The translations under genes were made by a program, and so were the position numbers. The notes under the pieces were generated by a model, which had not been told where the DNA came from, ran no database searches, and was given only the letters and a program-made list of their open reading frames with translations. From positions 1 to 64,000 of the IMG/VR virus record IMGVR_UViG_3300043446_005562: 64,000 bases of DNA. One strand, 5' to 3'. Every line of letters starts with the position of its first letter. Positions within the stretch are counted from its first letter, which is position 1. This document shows, one piece after another, positions 17,222 to 26,373 of this stretch.

Positions 17222-17998
17222 ATGAAACTATTACAATTTAGTACGTGGTTGACTGAGAATTCCCGACCCCTAATCAAGTTAAGTGATTTGGACATTAACC
17301 GAAAGTATAAGCATGAAAGATACGAATATGAGCTCTTTCCAATGTTTAGAAGACTTAAGACCCGAATCAACGAACTTGATAAGATGCCGACTCTTGAGCA
17401 ATGGTTTGCGATGATGCAGAATTCGGATGCCCAGTTCTACACTCTTGTGCAGACTGCGCAGTTGGGTCAGCCAGACGTTAGGGAGCTCTTTAGGGACCTA
17501 ACCGGCCGACGTGCTGCAAAAATGGCAAAGTACAATCTGGAAGAGAGCGCCGATCAGGTTGCGGCATTTCAAAGCAAACTAGATCCTGCGTGGACCGTGA
17601 TTGTGCTGTGGCCGACTGACTCCGGCTATGCTGAACTCTCCAAAGTATTTGATCATCTGGGCATTGCATTCGGCGATCTGCTAAACCAGACAATATACGT
17701 CGATGGAGTTCAGCTTGAGGAGGCCAACCTAACACAGGATCACCTGCTTGCGATTGAGGCCCATGAAATTGCGCACGGCATTCTAGAGCACGCCTCATCC
17801 AATCGTGACTTTGCAGAATACGATGAACGTCAAGAACGTGAAGCTGACTGGTTAGGGATTAGAATTTTGGATGAACTCGGTCATCAGACCGCAGCCCAAA
17901 TCCTAGAAGATCGTTATCTGGATCACTATTCAGAAAGTTCAGAGGATCTGGTTGGGACTGAAAAATTAGAGTCTGCACTACAGAGATATTTTAAATAA
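17222..17998 (+). CDS. HExxH zinc metallopeptidase-like protein
   Basis: IEAHEIAHGILEH...EREADWLGIRIL; MKLLQFSTWLTE leader. Confidence 0.75.
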   Translation: MKLLQFSTWLTENSRPLIKLSDLDINRKYKHERYEYELFPMFRRLKTRINELDKMPTLEQWFAMMQNSDAQFYTLVQTAQLGQPDVRELFRDLTGRRAAKMAKYNLEESADQVAAFQSKLDPAWTVIVLWPTDSGYAELSKVFDHLGIAFGDLLNQTIYVDGVQLEEANLTQDHLLAIEAHEIAHGILEHASSNRDFAEYDERQEREADWLGIRILDELGHQTAAQILEDRYLDHYSESSEDLVGTEKLESALQRYFK

Positions 17999-18021
17999 AT
18001 AACAAAAAAATAAAAACAAAG

Positions 18022-18312
18022 ATGGCTAAAAAATACTTTTTCGGATGGGAGAACATTAAATGGTTGATTAAAGAACTTGGCGCAATGTACAGCGGCAAGG
18101 ACTCCTACTTCTCAAAAAAGAGAGTTGAATCCGGTATTGCATTCGTTGTTGCACAATGGGGCATGATCTTTTTTCTACTTAAAAAATATGAAGGCTTAAG
18201 CATGACCGATTTTTTAATCTGGGCGGGCGTTGAGTTTGCAGTGTCAGGTTATATGATTAACCAGATTCAAAAGGAAAAAGCCGCAACCTCACAAACTGAA
18301 GAGCAGGCTTAA
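18022..18312 (+). CDS. two-helix membrane protein, possible holin
   Basis: FSKKRVESGIAF plus two hydrophobic helices and basic C-terminus. Confidence 0.6.
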   Translation: MAKKYFFGWENIKWLIKELGAMYSGKDSYFSKKRVESGIAFVVAQWGMIFFLLKKYEGLSMTDFLIWAGVEFAVSGYMINQIQKEKAATSQTEEQA

Positions 18313-18328
18313 TCACTAAACTTTACAG

Positions 18329-19387
18329 ATGAAAACTTTTTCTCAATTCATAAATGAAAATTCTCAGCCTTCACATTACACTGATGTGATCTCTAAATTC
18401 GCGGATGGAATGCGTAGAGCAGGATATCACGCAGATATTTCGGTGGAACCTAATGGTTTAATTAAGATTGACTCTAATTGGGAACTTGATACAATGAAGA
18501 TTAGCGGACTTGGTCGAGTTGAGCCCAGCTCCTATTTTACGATGGTGCTGCAGCCCAACTTTACTAAACAGGCTCCAGAAAAGCTGACAAGACTGATTCA
18601 ATTGGGCTTAGGCACAGCTGCCTCTCTGCTTGAAGGATTTACAATAACGACCTCCTTACTCGTTGAAGTCTATGAGGTTGAGGGCTATGAATACGCTGAG
18701 GGTCCAGACACCGACTCTCATTCCCTAAAAGATTTGGGCATTGATCATTATTTTGAGAATGGAGACATTGAGGGAGCCGGTGAATCTTTCATGGAGTGGT
18801 GGGACGAAGCTGGCAATGAATACGCCTATATGCTCTACACCAGCGTTGCGGAAGATCTGGAAGAATACGTTGCAACTCATCAATCCGATGAAGACGATGA
18901 CGAAGAGGAAGAGGAGGAAGATGATGAAGACGATAATATGTTTGAATCATATCATGACAAGTTTAGACGGCTTCACCAATTAGGTCTTGCTGAACCTCAG
19001 ATTAACATTCAAACCCTGGATGGAGATGAAAGTTGGGCCGGCGATCAGGCCAGACAACTATCAATTGAAGCAAAAGAGTGGTCCGATTCAAAGGGCCGTC
19101 AAATTGTCAGAATCGAAGGTCAACTAGGTAGCGAAGTTGCAATGCTGTTAATTGAGTTAAGCGATGGCTCAATCATTCAACTTGATAACTTCTACCATAT
19201 TGGTCCTGGAAGTTCAGCTCGAGATTACTGCAGACTCTTCATTAAGTCAGAGCGTGGCGAATTTGATATTGATGTAAAGAAGGAAGGCCGCGAAGTATAC
19301 TCAGACGATGATCTGTGGATGTACATGCTTGAGCAAACTGGTTCAATCCTCAGATCCGTAATGACGATTGCTAAACCATATCTTTAA
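18329..19387 (+). CDS. two-module acidic putative virion internal protein
   Basis: MKTFSQFINE leader; poly-D/E linker; second leader-like NMFESYHDKFRRLHQLGL. Confidence 0.75.
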   Translation: MKTFSQFINENSQPSHYTDVISKFADGMRRAGYHADISVEPNGLIKIDSNWELDTMKISGLGRVEPSSYFTMVLQPNFTKQAPEKLTRLIQLGLGTAASLLEGFTITTSLLVEVYEVEGYEYAEGPDTDSHSLKDLGIDHYFENGDIEGAGESFMEWWDEAGNEYAYMLYTSVAEDLEEYVATHQSDEDDDEEEEEEDDEDDNMFESYHDKFRRLHQLGLAEPQINIQTLDGDESWAGDQARQLSIEAKEWSDSKGRQIVRIEGQLGSEVAMLLIELSDGSIIQLDNFYHIGPGSSARDYCRLFIKSERGEFDIDVKKEGREVYSDDDLWMYMLEQTGSILRSVMTIAKPYL

Positions 19388-19582
19388 TTAAACAGACGGA
19401 TTTCCCGTCATAGTTTCATAATATTCCCAAAGCTCTTGGCAGGTTTCATACTCCTCAAGATCCTCAAGCCATTTTATAACTATAAGTATTTCTGACCAAT
19501 AGGGAGAAGCAATTCCCCGTTTTTCTAAATCTTTACACTTCTTGCGCATCTCTGCGAATTCGCCGGCCTGATCCAATGGCAT
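19388..19582 (-). CDS. small protein with UVR-like motif
   Basis: WLEDLEEYETCQEL. Confidence 0.55.
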   Translation of the reverse strand: MPLDQAGEFAEMRKKCKDLEKRGIASPYWSEILIVIKWLEDLEEYETCQELWEYYETMTGNPSV

Positions 19583-20543
19583 TTAATTCCCCGTATTTTT
19601 GGCGAGGCTGTACCTCTATAGTATATTTAACGTCGAGGCCAATCGTTTGTCGTATGCACTCAATTAGATCCATTGTGTGTAGGCTCAATACTGAAGTATA
19701 ATCGTCATCTCGGTATCCGCCAAATAGCGCGCAAGATACGGGTAATGGTTTACCTAGAATTAGGTCCATTTCGCTGACCCAGCTCCAGAAAAAATTTGCG
19801 CATTTAACCCACCATTCAGTTGAACACTGATGTCCTAACTGATCGTCTTCGTGAGAGTCTGCGCCATGGCACCAGACAACATAGTCAATTTTACCAGATA
19901 GAATTGCGGGCTCAAGTTGAGTCTTGATAAAATTGACCAAATCTTGATAATATTCTTCGTTTGAAAATTTTGGATTAAAGTTGAAACCCGGCGGCACAGC
20001 TAAGTCCAGCTCAGGTTGAAAGGATCTGGTGTCTTCTATTGAATTACCGAAATGTCCGTCCAAATCTAAGTAACAGCCAACCTTGCCCAGTTCCCTCCAT
20101 ATTTTAACTGAGGCAATCGCCTGACCGCTAAACGTGCAAAAACCGCTACCTCCGCTTGGTCTTGCATGGTGAAAACCACTGGTTGGACTAAAGCTGATCT
20201 CAGCTGGATTTAGGATTGAGTTTTTAATTGCTGCATGCAAAGACGCGTTCGTATAGCGAACCGACTCCGCGAATTGATGATTCCAACTTAAACCGTTTGA
20301 CGAAGCTTTGGGCCCACCCTTAAAAAAGTCGTTGACGTATTTTTTAGTGTGTGCAACTAAAAAGTCAGAATTGCCAAAACGGTCAAAGACTTTAGTTATT
20401 TCAAAATGATCGAGTAAGCCCTTCTTGGCCAGATACTCGATCAAGAGCTTGGGCTTTAGAGGGGACTTACTGTAGTTTGAGTATGAGTCCTTCTCTAGCA
20501 CCTGCTTGGGATTGTAAAATGTCTTTATTTTTAAGCGTCTCAT
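19533..20543 (-). CDS. histone deacetylase family (Zn-dependent) deacetylase
   Basis: HTKKY, GFHHA, GFC, DLDGHFGN, GADSHEDDQLG, GGY all present; start set at ATG 20543. Confidence 0.9.
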   Translation of the reverse strand: MRRLKIKTFYNPKQVLEKDSYSNYSKSPLKPKLLIEYLAKKGLLDHFEITKVFDRFGNSDFLVAHTKKYVNDFFKGGPKASSNGLSWNHQFAESVRYTNASLHAAIKNSILNPAEISFSPTSGFHHARPSGGSGFCTFSGQAIASVKIWRELGKVGCYLDLDGHFGNSIEDTRSFQPELDLAVPPGFNFNPKFSNEEYYQDLVNFIKTQLEPAILSGKIDYVVWCHGADSHEDDQLGHQCSTEWWVKCANFFWSWVSEMDLILGKPLPVSCALFGGYRDDDYTSVLSLHTMDLIECIRQTIGLDVKYTIEVQPRQKYGELNAIGSGRRIRRDAQEV

Positions 20544-20559
20544 ACTCTTAATAATATAC

Positions 20560-20585
20560 AAAAAAAGTCGGCCAAATGGCCGACT
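20560..20585 (-). terminator. intrinsic terminator after hsp20 gene
   Basis: AGTCGGCC/GGCCGACT stem plus T-run on minus strand. Confidence 0.7.
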
Positions 20586-20612
20586 CTATGAGTAACCTGT
20601 TGGGAACAGTTT

Positions 20613-21029
20613 TTATTTTATTTTTAGGGTTTTTGGTTTGGCTTCCTCTGCGAAAGGTACGCAAATTTTCAGTAAACCGTTTTTCATCTCAGCCTCAGCG
20701 TTTTGCAGTGAAAATTTTGAGGCAATTTTATAACCCAAATTAAAGGATCGACGTGCAATCCCACGATGAATAAATTTGGTTTTCGGCTCTGAGCCTTCGT
20801 CTGGTTTTTCGTAAATTACTCTTAAAATATCGCCTTCGATTTGAATGTCGATATCGTCTTTGGCTAGACCAGTTCCAGCGATTTCAAGATGAAGACCCTT
20901 TGTGTCCTCATAAATATCGACAGGATGAGTGATTTTAGCTTCAACTACTGGGGCGAAGAATGAATCGCTGTTGAAGAAATTTTTGAATAAGAGATCAAAT
21001 GTCTCTAGATTTCTGGTTGTGTAAGTCAT
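20613..21029 (-). CDS. small heat shock protein (Hsp20/alpha-crystallin)
   Basis: PVDIYE, LEIAGTGLAKDDIDI, HRGIARRSF, AEMKNGLLKI. Confidence 0.93.
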   Translation of the reverse strand: MTYTTRNLETFDLLFKNFFNSDSFFAPVVEAKITHPVDIYEDTKGLHLEIAGTGLAKDDIDIQIEGDILRVIYEKPDEGSEPKTKFIHRGIARRSFNLGYKIASKFSLQNAEAEMKNGLLKICVPFAEEAKPKTLKIK

Positions 21030-21142
21030 AGTTCTTAAATCTATTTTTTTTGTGCTCCCGATTGGTGAGCGGTTTGGACCCTAAGGTTACTCAATAATTA
21101 ATACAACAAATTGTGTGCCAACCTTGATTTTATGACAAGATG

Positions 21143-21862
21143 TCACTTATTTAGAAAAATTGTGTCAAGATCGTGAAGCCAATCCCAAACATGAGATATT
21201 TCAACTGGGCCGGCCTGAACAGGCTGAACCGTACTATTTTTTGAAACAGCCTGTGTTATCTGCAAAGTAATTGCAGCTTGAGATAGGATGGTTGAAATTA
21301 TTTCGCTGAAAGTCCAGTTAATGACACACTCAAATTTTACAGAAGAGTCTTGAGAATCGACGATCTCCAACCAGTCATCTGCTAGAATAGGCAGATCACA
21401 CCAATTTTCAAAATTAATTTGAGAGAGTGGGTGCAACACGTCTGATTCCGGATCCTCTTCGTTAACTATCTCTAGGCCCATTAAAACTGGATAAATTGAC
21501 AGAAAATCGATCGCCTGATCATTTTGATTGATCTTTTTGAGATCTGCAATTTTAAGTAAAAAAACCTCCTTTGCCGCAATTTCTTGTTTGATAATTTTGG
21601 CCTGGTCAGCGATCATGAAAATTTCTTCAAGCTCAACCCCTCCCAGATTTTGCACAAAATAAAATTTCAAAGCCTCAGCATGAGGCTTTAACTGATCCAA
21701 TATTTCTCTAACTGTCATGCCCATTTCAATCTCAACTGCATAATTCATGAACCAAGTTATAGGTAAATTTGAGTCAGCCAGACTCTTTTCAATCCATTTT
21801 TCAGATTGGTCATCCCAGAATGAAATGTTAATGCCAGTTTTATTGATTGATACTTTTTGCAT
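21143..21862 (-). CDS. hypothetical protein (239 aa)
   Basis: Long ORF behind exact TATAAATA at 21868. Confidence 0.8.
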   Translation of the reverse strand: MQKVSINKTGINISFWDDQSEKWIEKSLADSNLPITWFMNYAVEIEMGMTVREILDQLKPHAEALKFYFVQNLGGVELEEIFMIADQAKIIKQEIAAKEVFLLKIADLKKINQNDQAIDFLSIYPVLMGLEIVNEEDPESDVLHPLSQINFENWCDLPILADDWLEIVDSQDSSVKFECVINWTFSEIISTILSQAAITLQITQAVSKNSTVQPVQAGPVEISHVWDWLHDLDTIFLNK

Positions 21863-21942
21863 ATAGTTATTTATAGTTTAGGTCTTTTACTTCATTTACT
21901 GGTAAGGATCTAACGAATAAATAACCAAAAGAATCTAATTTA

Positions 21943-23937
21943 ATGATTAATTCATTTATACAAATGGTTAACGAGTCAGCTGATCAAGCTCTTGGTCAAG
22001 ACGGGCTGGTTGACGAAATGGGCATAAAAAGACCAGAAAGACTTTCTGGAAGCCAAATGGGTCCAATAAGACAGTCTTCAGTAGACAGGGCTCGTCAATT
22101 ACAGGGTCAGCCGAGGCCCAAAACCTATTTTGAACTTGCAACCGAGCTGGTGCAGAAATTCAAAGAGATTAAATCAACCGATATCTCAATGTTTCAGACA
22201 AGCTCAAGCGAAAGAACCTACTATCCAAAATTTGACGCACAGGTCCGAGAACTTTTAAACAAGACCAGACAGGCTGCGCCGAGCGAAGATAAATTTATTG
22301 CGGATTTTGGTAAATGGAGAGATCTATTTAATTCATCAAGCGCTATTCACTTCAACATTGATTCACCATCCGCCTGGCAACGAAGCCATTTTCCAAATGA
22401 CGGAATTCCAAAAGGCTTGCGAGGCATTGGCTTGGGATATAAACTATATCGTGCTCTGCTTAGACACGTTGGCTATATTTCTTCAAATAGATCGGGAACA
22501 GATGAAAAGGACAAGGCTTGGGGTTCTCTACTTGATCAAAAATTAAATGCTGACGGCTCTGTTTCGGTTGATGATGCACACGCAATCATTGGCCCAGCGA
22601 ATTGGATGGCAATCGATAAGCAATTTCAAGAGAATAAAAAGATTGAGGTTGCGGAAAGTTTCATATCAAATCAAATTGGTCTGAACCGTACTCAGCCTGA
22701 CCGTTTTGACATTGATGATGAACTGCTTGCAATTTTACCAAACGACTTTTTAGTTAAATTAGATCCAGCCTATTTACAATCTCTAGTTAATGATGATCGC
22801 TTAACCGAAAGAAGATTCAACGAAATTGAAAATTCAAGAAGTGAAGCCGATCGCCGTGAAAGAGAGCGTCAAGCTCAAGCCGAGCGCGAGGCTCGTGAAC
22901 GTCGAACCAGGGAAGAGGCCGAGACACGTCGAAGACTTGCAACCAGAATTCAACAGTACGGTGCCGATCCGGATGCAGAGTGGAATGTTGGCGACTTTAT
23001 TGTTGTTAAGGCATACCTGTTTGATGCATCGTATTCAGGTCTTCCTATTCGTCAAGTAGTTACGCGAAGAAACGATGGCTCCTACGTTGCTGTCAAAATA
23101 TCTGAGGCAATTGCGATTGCACAAGGCACACTAAGATTTCAGGACGCTAGGGATACTAGAACAACTTCTCAAAAGGAGACCTGGGTAAAGGTTAATATTG
23201 AAGATATTCCGGATCTTTCTCGAGTTAATTTAGACCCGGCCGAAAGAGCCTTCATTGAGCTTCAAATGAATCCGGAAGCAGCCGAGCGCGCACGAACTCA
23301 ACGTGAGACGGCTGACCGCGAAAGACGCGAAGCTGAACGTCGTGAAAACGAAGAGCGCGCTAGAAATAGAGAAACATTCGGTGAGGTGCCTGAAAACGGT
23401 GATACTCTTAAGCGTTTACAGGCAGCCAGAAATAATGGTTCGAACGCGAATTCAGGTATTTTGAAGATGTTTAGAGACTCTTATTTCATCAATAGAATGC
23501 AGATTATTGTGCTGGGACCTCAACAGAGAGAGTCTCTACGAAATTCATTTGGAGTACCAGTATTCATTCCATGGACAGGGTCTTCAAGACGTCCAACTCC
23601 TGCTACTCTTGAAATGTTAAACACTGACCCACAATCGGTTAAATTGACCGATGCTGTGACCGGCTTTACAATCGATGCCCCGTTTACTGGATTGGGTCTA
23701 ACCGCATATCCGCTAAGCGAAGTAACAGTTGATGATAAATTAAGAGCGCGCGCGGGAACGCATTACTACATCGCAGGCCATAAGAATGCATTTGGTATTC
23801 TTGCAAAAAGCGATTACGGTACAGTTAATACCTCTTCTCAAAAATTTATTTACGTAAAAGCATACGGTTACGGAGAACGTAGCGTATCGGTTCGACTTGA
23901 TCTACTCAGAAAGCTCGGAGAGCCTACTGAAATCTAA
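21943..23937 (+). CDS. large putative virion protein with GNAT acetyltransferase-like domain and charged coiled coils
   Basis: IPKGLRGIGLGYKLYRALL (acetyl-CoA-binding motif A); MINSFIQMVNE leader; late promoter. Confidence 0.65.
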   Translation: MINSFIQMVNESADQALGQDGLVDEMGIKRPERLSGSQMGPIRQSSVDRARQLQGQPRPKTYFELATELVQKFKEIKSTDISMFQTSSSERTYYPKFDAQVRELLNKTRQAAPSEDKFIADFGKWRDLFNSSSAIHFNIDSPSAWQRSHFPNDGIPKGLRGIGLGYKLYRALLRHVGYISSNRSGTDEKDKAWGSLLDQKLNADGSVSVDDAHAIIGPANWMAIDKQFQENKKIEVAESFISNQIGLNRTQPDRFDIDDELLAILPNDFLVKLDPAYLQSLVNDDRLTERRFNEIENSRSEADRRERERQAQAEREARERRTREEAETRRRLATRIQQYGADPDAEWNVGDFIVVKAYLFDASYSGLPIRQVVTRRNDGSYVAVKISEAIAIAQGTLRFQDARDTRTTSQKETWVKVNIEDIPDLSRVNLDPAERAFIELQMNPEAAERARTQRETADRERREAERRENEERARNRETFGEVPENGDTLKRLQAARNNGSNANSGILKMFRDSYFINRMQIIVLGPQQRESLRNSFGVPVFIPWTGSSRRPTPATLEMLNTDPQSVKLTDAVTGFTIDAPFTGLGLTAYPLSEVTVDDKLRARAGTHYYIAGHKNAFGILAKSDYGTVNTSSQKFIYVKAYGYGERSVSVRLDLLRKLGEPTEI

Positions 23938-24702
23938 TTACTTGGCTGAGGTCTGCTCAGCGACTGGATGCATTTCATAAAATTTAGCAAGTCTCTCTCT
24001 AAATTTAAAATAGTATTCCTTCATTTCCGCTGATGTCATTGTGAAGTGTTGCGGCTTGTCGTCCACTTCATTTGAAATCCAAATCTGACAACGCGTTGTT
24101 TTTATCTGCATTCTATCCCAAACTGCAACAGAATAGGCTGCAACCTGGTGCTTATAATCTTCAATCCACTTTTCGTCCTTTGGCTTGCGAGCAGTTTTAA
24201 AATCAACAATCGCGTAGTCGTCTGTGATCAATTGAGAAACATTATCGACAGTGCCGGCATATCCGCCGTCCCTTGGCGTCCATAGAAAACGCTCTTGTGC
24301 AATAACCTTTTTAATCTCATCAAACGACCTGGATTTAATGAAATTATAGAATAGGGTTCCGCCTACTATTTTTGCTCTATTATCAAATTTTTCAATTTCA
24401 TCGTCCAGTCTTGATAGAGATAGAGTTTCCTCCAATCTGTCCTTTGCGCTTAATGATGCTGGCAAATTAAGATAAATTTCGCAAAGTCGATGCATCACAG
24501 TTCCACGATTAGCAGCGTCCTTGCCAATTTGATCTGCTTTCTGATGACCAACTCTGTCTCGCCAGGCATTCAAACCAGCCTTGTCTGATGTCTCTCCGAG
24601 GACAGTTGTCACACTAGGAAAGGTTCCAATTATATGAGTATCATTGCTGACCTGATAATACCTGAAGCCATTAATTTCAACTCTTTTTATTTTCTCGTTC
24701 AT
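23938..24702 (-). CDS. PD-(D/E)XK exonuclease (Cas4/MGME1-like phage family)
   Basis: FPSVTTVL, RGTVMHRLCE, GYAGTVD, IVDFKT, QVAAY. Confidence 0.9.
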   Translation of the reverse strand: MNEKIKRVEINGFRYYQVSNDTHIIGTFPSVTTVLGETSDKAGLNAWRDRVGHQKADQIGKDAANRGTVMHRLCEIYLNLPASLSAKDRLEETLSLSRLDDEIEKFDNRAKIVGGTLFYNFIKSRSFDEIKKVIAQERFLWTPRDGGYAGTVDNVSQLITDDYAIVDFKTARKPKDEKWIEDYKHQVAAYSVAVWDRMQIKTTRCQIWISNEVDDKPQHFTMTSAEMKEYYFKFRERLAKFYEMHPVAEQTSAK

Positions 24703-24757
24703 GTAGATAAATAATTAAACCTATTATATAGTACATAAAATATGATTAAAGTTTAGC

Positions 24758-25132
24758 ATGTTTAAGAAATTTGATGAATTTAATGAAACCTTGAATGAAG
24801 GTTTTTGGGACTGGCTGACCGGCAAATCCGAAAAGGGAGAAAAGAAGGAAAAGTCAACGAGCGCAAAAGAGGGTCCAATCGATTCACAAGTTGAAGCCTA
24901 CTACAAAACGCTGCAAGATTTTGCGGACTCAAATAAATCAATTGAGGTCCAAGCGGCCGGTAGTATGGAATATTCTAAGCTGGTTGAAGACATTCAGCTT
25001 GCGCTGGAATTTTTGGGTTATAAACTTACTAAATACGGAGTCGATGGTTATTTTGGACCAGAAACGGCCGAAGCAATCGTTAAATTTAATGAGGACACCC
25101 TAAAGAAAATACCCGATAGCCAACATGATTAA
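24758..25132 (+). CDS. peptidoglycan-binding domain protein
   Basis: IQLALEFLGY...GVDGYFGPETAEAI; MFKKFDEFNETLNE leader. Confidence 0.8.
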   Translation: MFKKFDEFNETLNEGFWDWLTGKSEKGEKKEKSTSAKEGPIDSQVEAYYKTLQDFADSNKSIEVQAAGSMEYSKLVEDIQLALEFLGYKLTKYGVDGYFGPETAEAIVKFNEDTLKKIPDSQHD

Positions 25133-26372
25133 AGGATTCGACCAATTTGCTGGAAAATTAAATGAGGCAGCCAACGGTAAATTGAATACTGATGATTTGG
25201 TTGCAATTCAACCGTTAGGCAAAAGCGGCGGCAATCATAAATTGAATGCGGAGGCCGCAAAAGCCTATGAAGAAATGAAAGCCGCTGCTGAAGCGGACGG
25301 AATTACCTGGGGAATAACTGATTCCTATCGAGATTATGAAGCCCAAGTTAGTGTTGCTGCACGTAAGGGTCTTTATAAAAATGGCGGACTTGCTGCAGTA
25401 CCCGGAACTTCAAATCACGGTTGGGGTAGCGCGCTAGATCTCAAATTAGATTCAGACGCCCAAGACTGGTTAAAGAAAAACGCTTCAAAATTTGGATTCT
25501 CAACCATTCCCAGAGAGCCTTGGCACTGGGAACACAAAGCAAGCGTAGATTCAGCAAAGGGCGGAAAGGAAGGAACCGATTCATCAGCTAAGGTTGGAGC
25601 AGTTTTAATAGACTCTGATTTAATTAAGCGGTTAATTTCCAAATTAAAGGAAAAGGGTTTTAGCCAAAAGGACCTTGATAAAAAATCCGACCTGCAACCG
25701 GGTAAGGGTGCAAAATTCAAAGGAGGCGGAGGCTTTCCAGCTGAGAACATGAAGGCTCTTGAAAAGGCAATGGACGATCACGGTATAACAAATGAGTACG
25801 CAAGAAAAGCAATTCTTGGAGTTATTTCAAAAGAGTCTCCAAACCTTGCGTCTGAGATAAGCTATTCAACAACAAGTCCTTCCAGAATTAGAGAAGTATT
25901 TCCAAGTAAGTTCGGCAGCATGTCGGACGAAGAGATCAATGATATTAAAAAGGACGATTCTAAATTTTGGGATATTGTTTACGGTGGAAAATACGGTAAT
26001 ACTGAGCCGGGCGATGGTTCAAAATACCGAGGCCGTGGTTTTAACGGTATAACTTTTAAATCAAATTACGAAAATTTACAGAGAATATACGAAAGAGAGG
26101 GTTCTAGACTTGGATCAATTGATATTGTTAAAAATCCTGAGCTACTTGAAAAACCTGAAGTTGCCGCAGAATTCGCGGTTCTGTTTTTTCTAGATTCATT
26201 CAAGCGCAAGGGTAAAAATCCAAACGATTATTCGGACCTTGAATCTGCCGTAACTGATTACGTTCAATCAAATGCAGGTTGGGGTACTTCCCTTGCGGGA
26301 GCAGTCACCTCATCCGGCCTGCAAAAGGCAATGGCATTCGCTCAAACTCTATCTAAAACTCAAACTGCTTAA
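25125..26372 (+). CDS. bifunctional cell-wall hydrolase: M15B (VanY-like) peptidase plus GH19-like lysozyme
   Basis: SYRDYEAQ, AVPGTSNHGWGSALD, EPWHWE; YGGKYGNTEPGDGSKYRGRGFNGIT. Confidence 0.88.
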   Translation: MIKGFDQFAGKLNEAANGKLNTDDLVAIQPLGKSGGNHKLNAEAAKAYEEMKAAAEADGITWGITDSYRDYEAQVSVAARKGLYKNGGLAAVPGTSNHGWGSALDLKLDSDAQDWLKKNASKFGFSTIPREPWHWEHKASVDSAKGGKEGTDSSAKVGAVLIDSDLIKRLISKLKEKGFSQKDLDKKSDLQPGKGAKFKGGGGFPAENMKALEKAMDDHGITNEYARKAILGVISKESPNLASEISYSTTSPSRIREVFPSKFGSMSDEEINDIKKDDSKFWDIVYGGKYGNTEPGDGSKYRGRGFNGITFKSNYENLQRIYEREGSRLGSIDIVKNPELLEKPEVAAEFAVLFFLDSFKRKGKNPNDYSDLESAVTDYVQSNAGWGTSLAGAVTSSGLQKAMAFAQTLSKTQTA

Positions 26373-26373
26373 T

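Noticed and set aside
23938-24702. Cas4-like nuclease as a CRISPR component
   Set aside because: Stand-alone phage PD-(D/E)XK exonuclease type; no four-Cys Fe-S motif evident, and no array or other cas genes.
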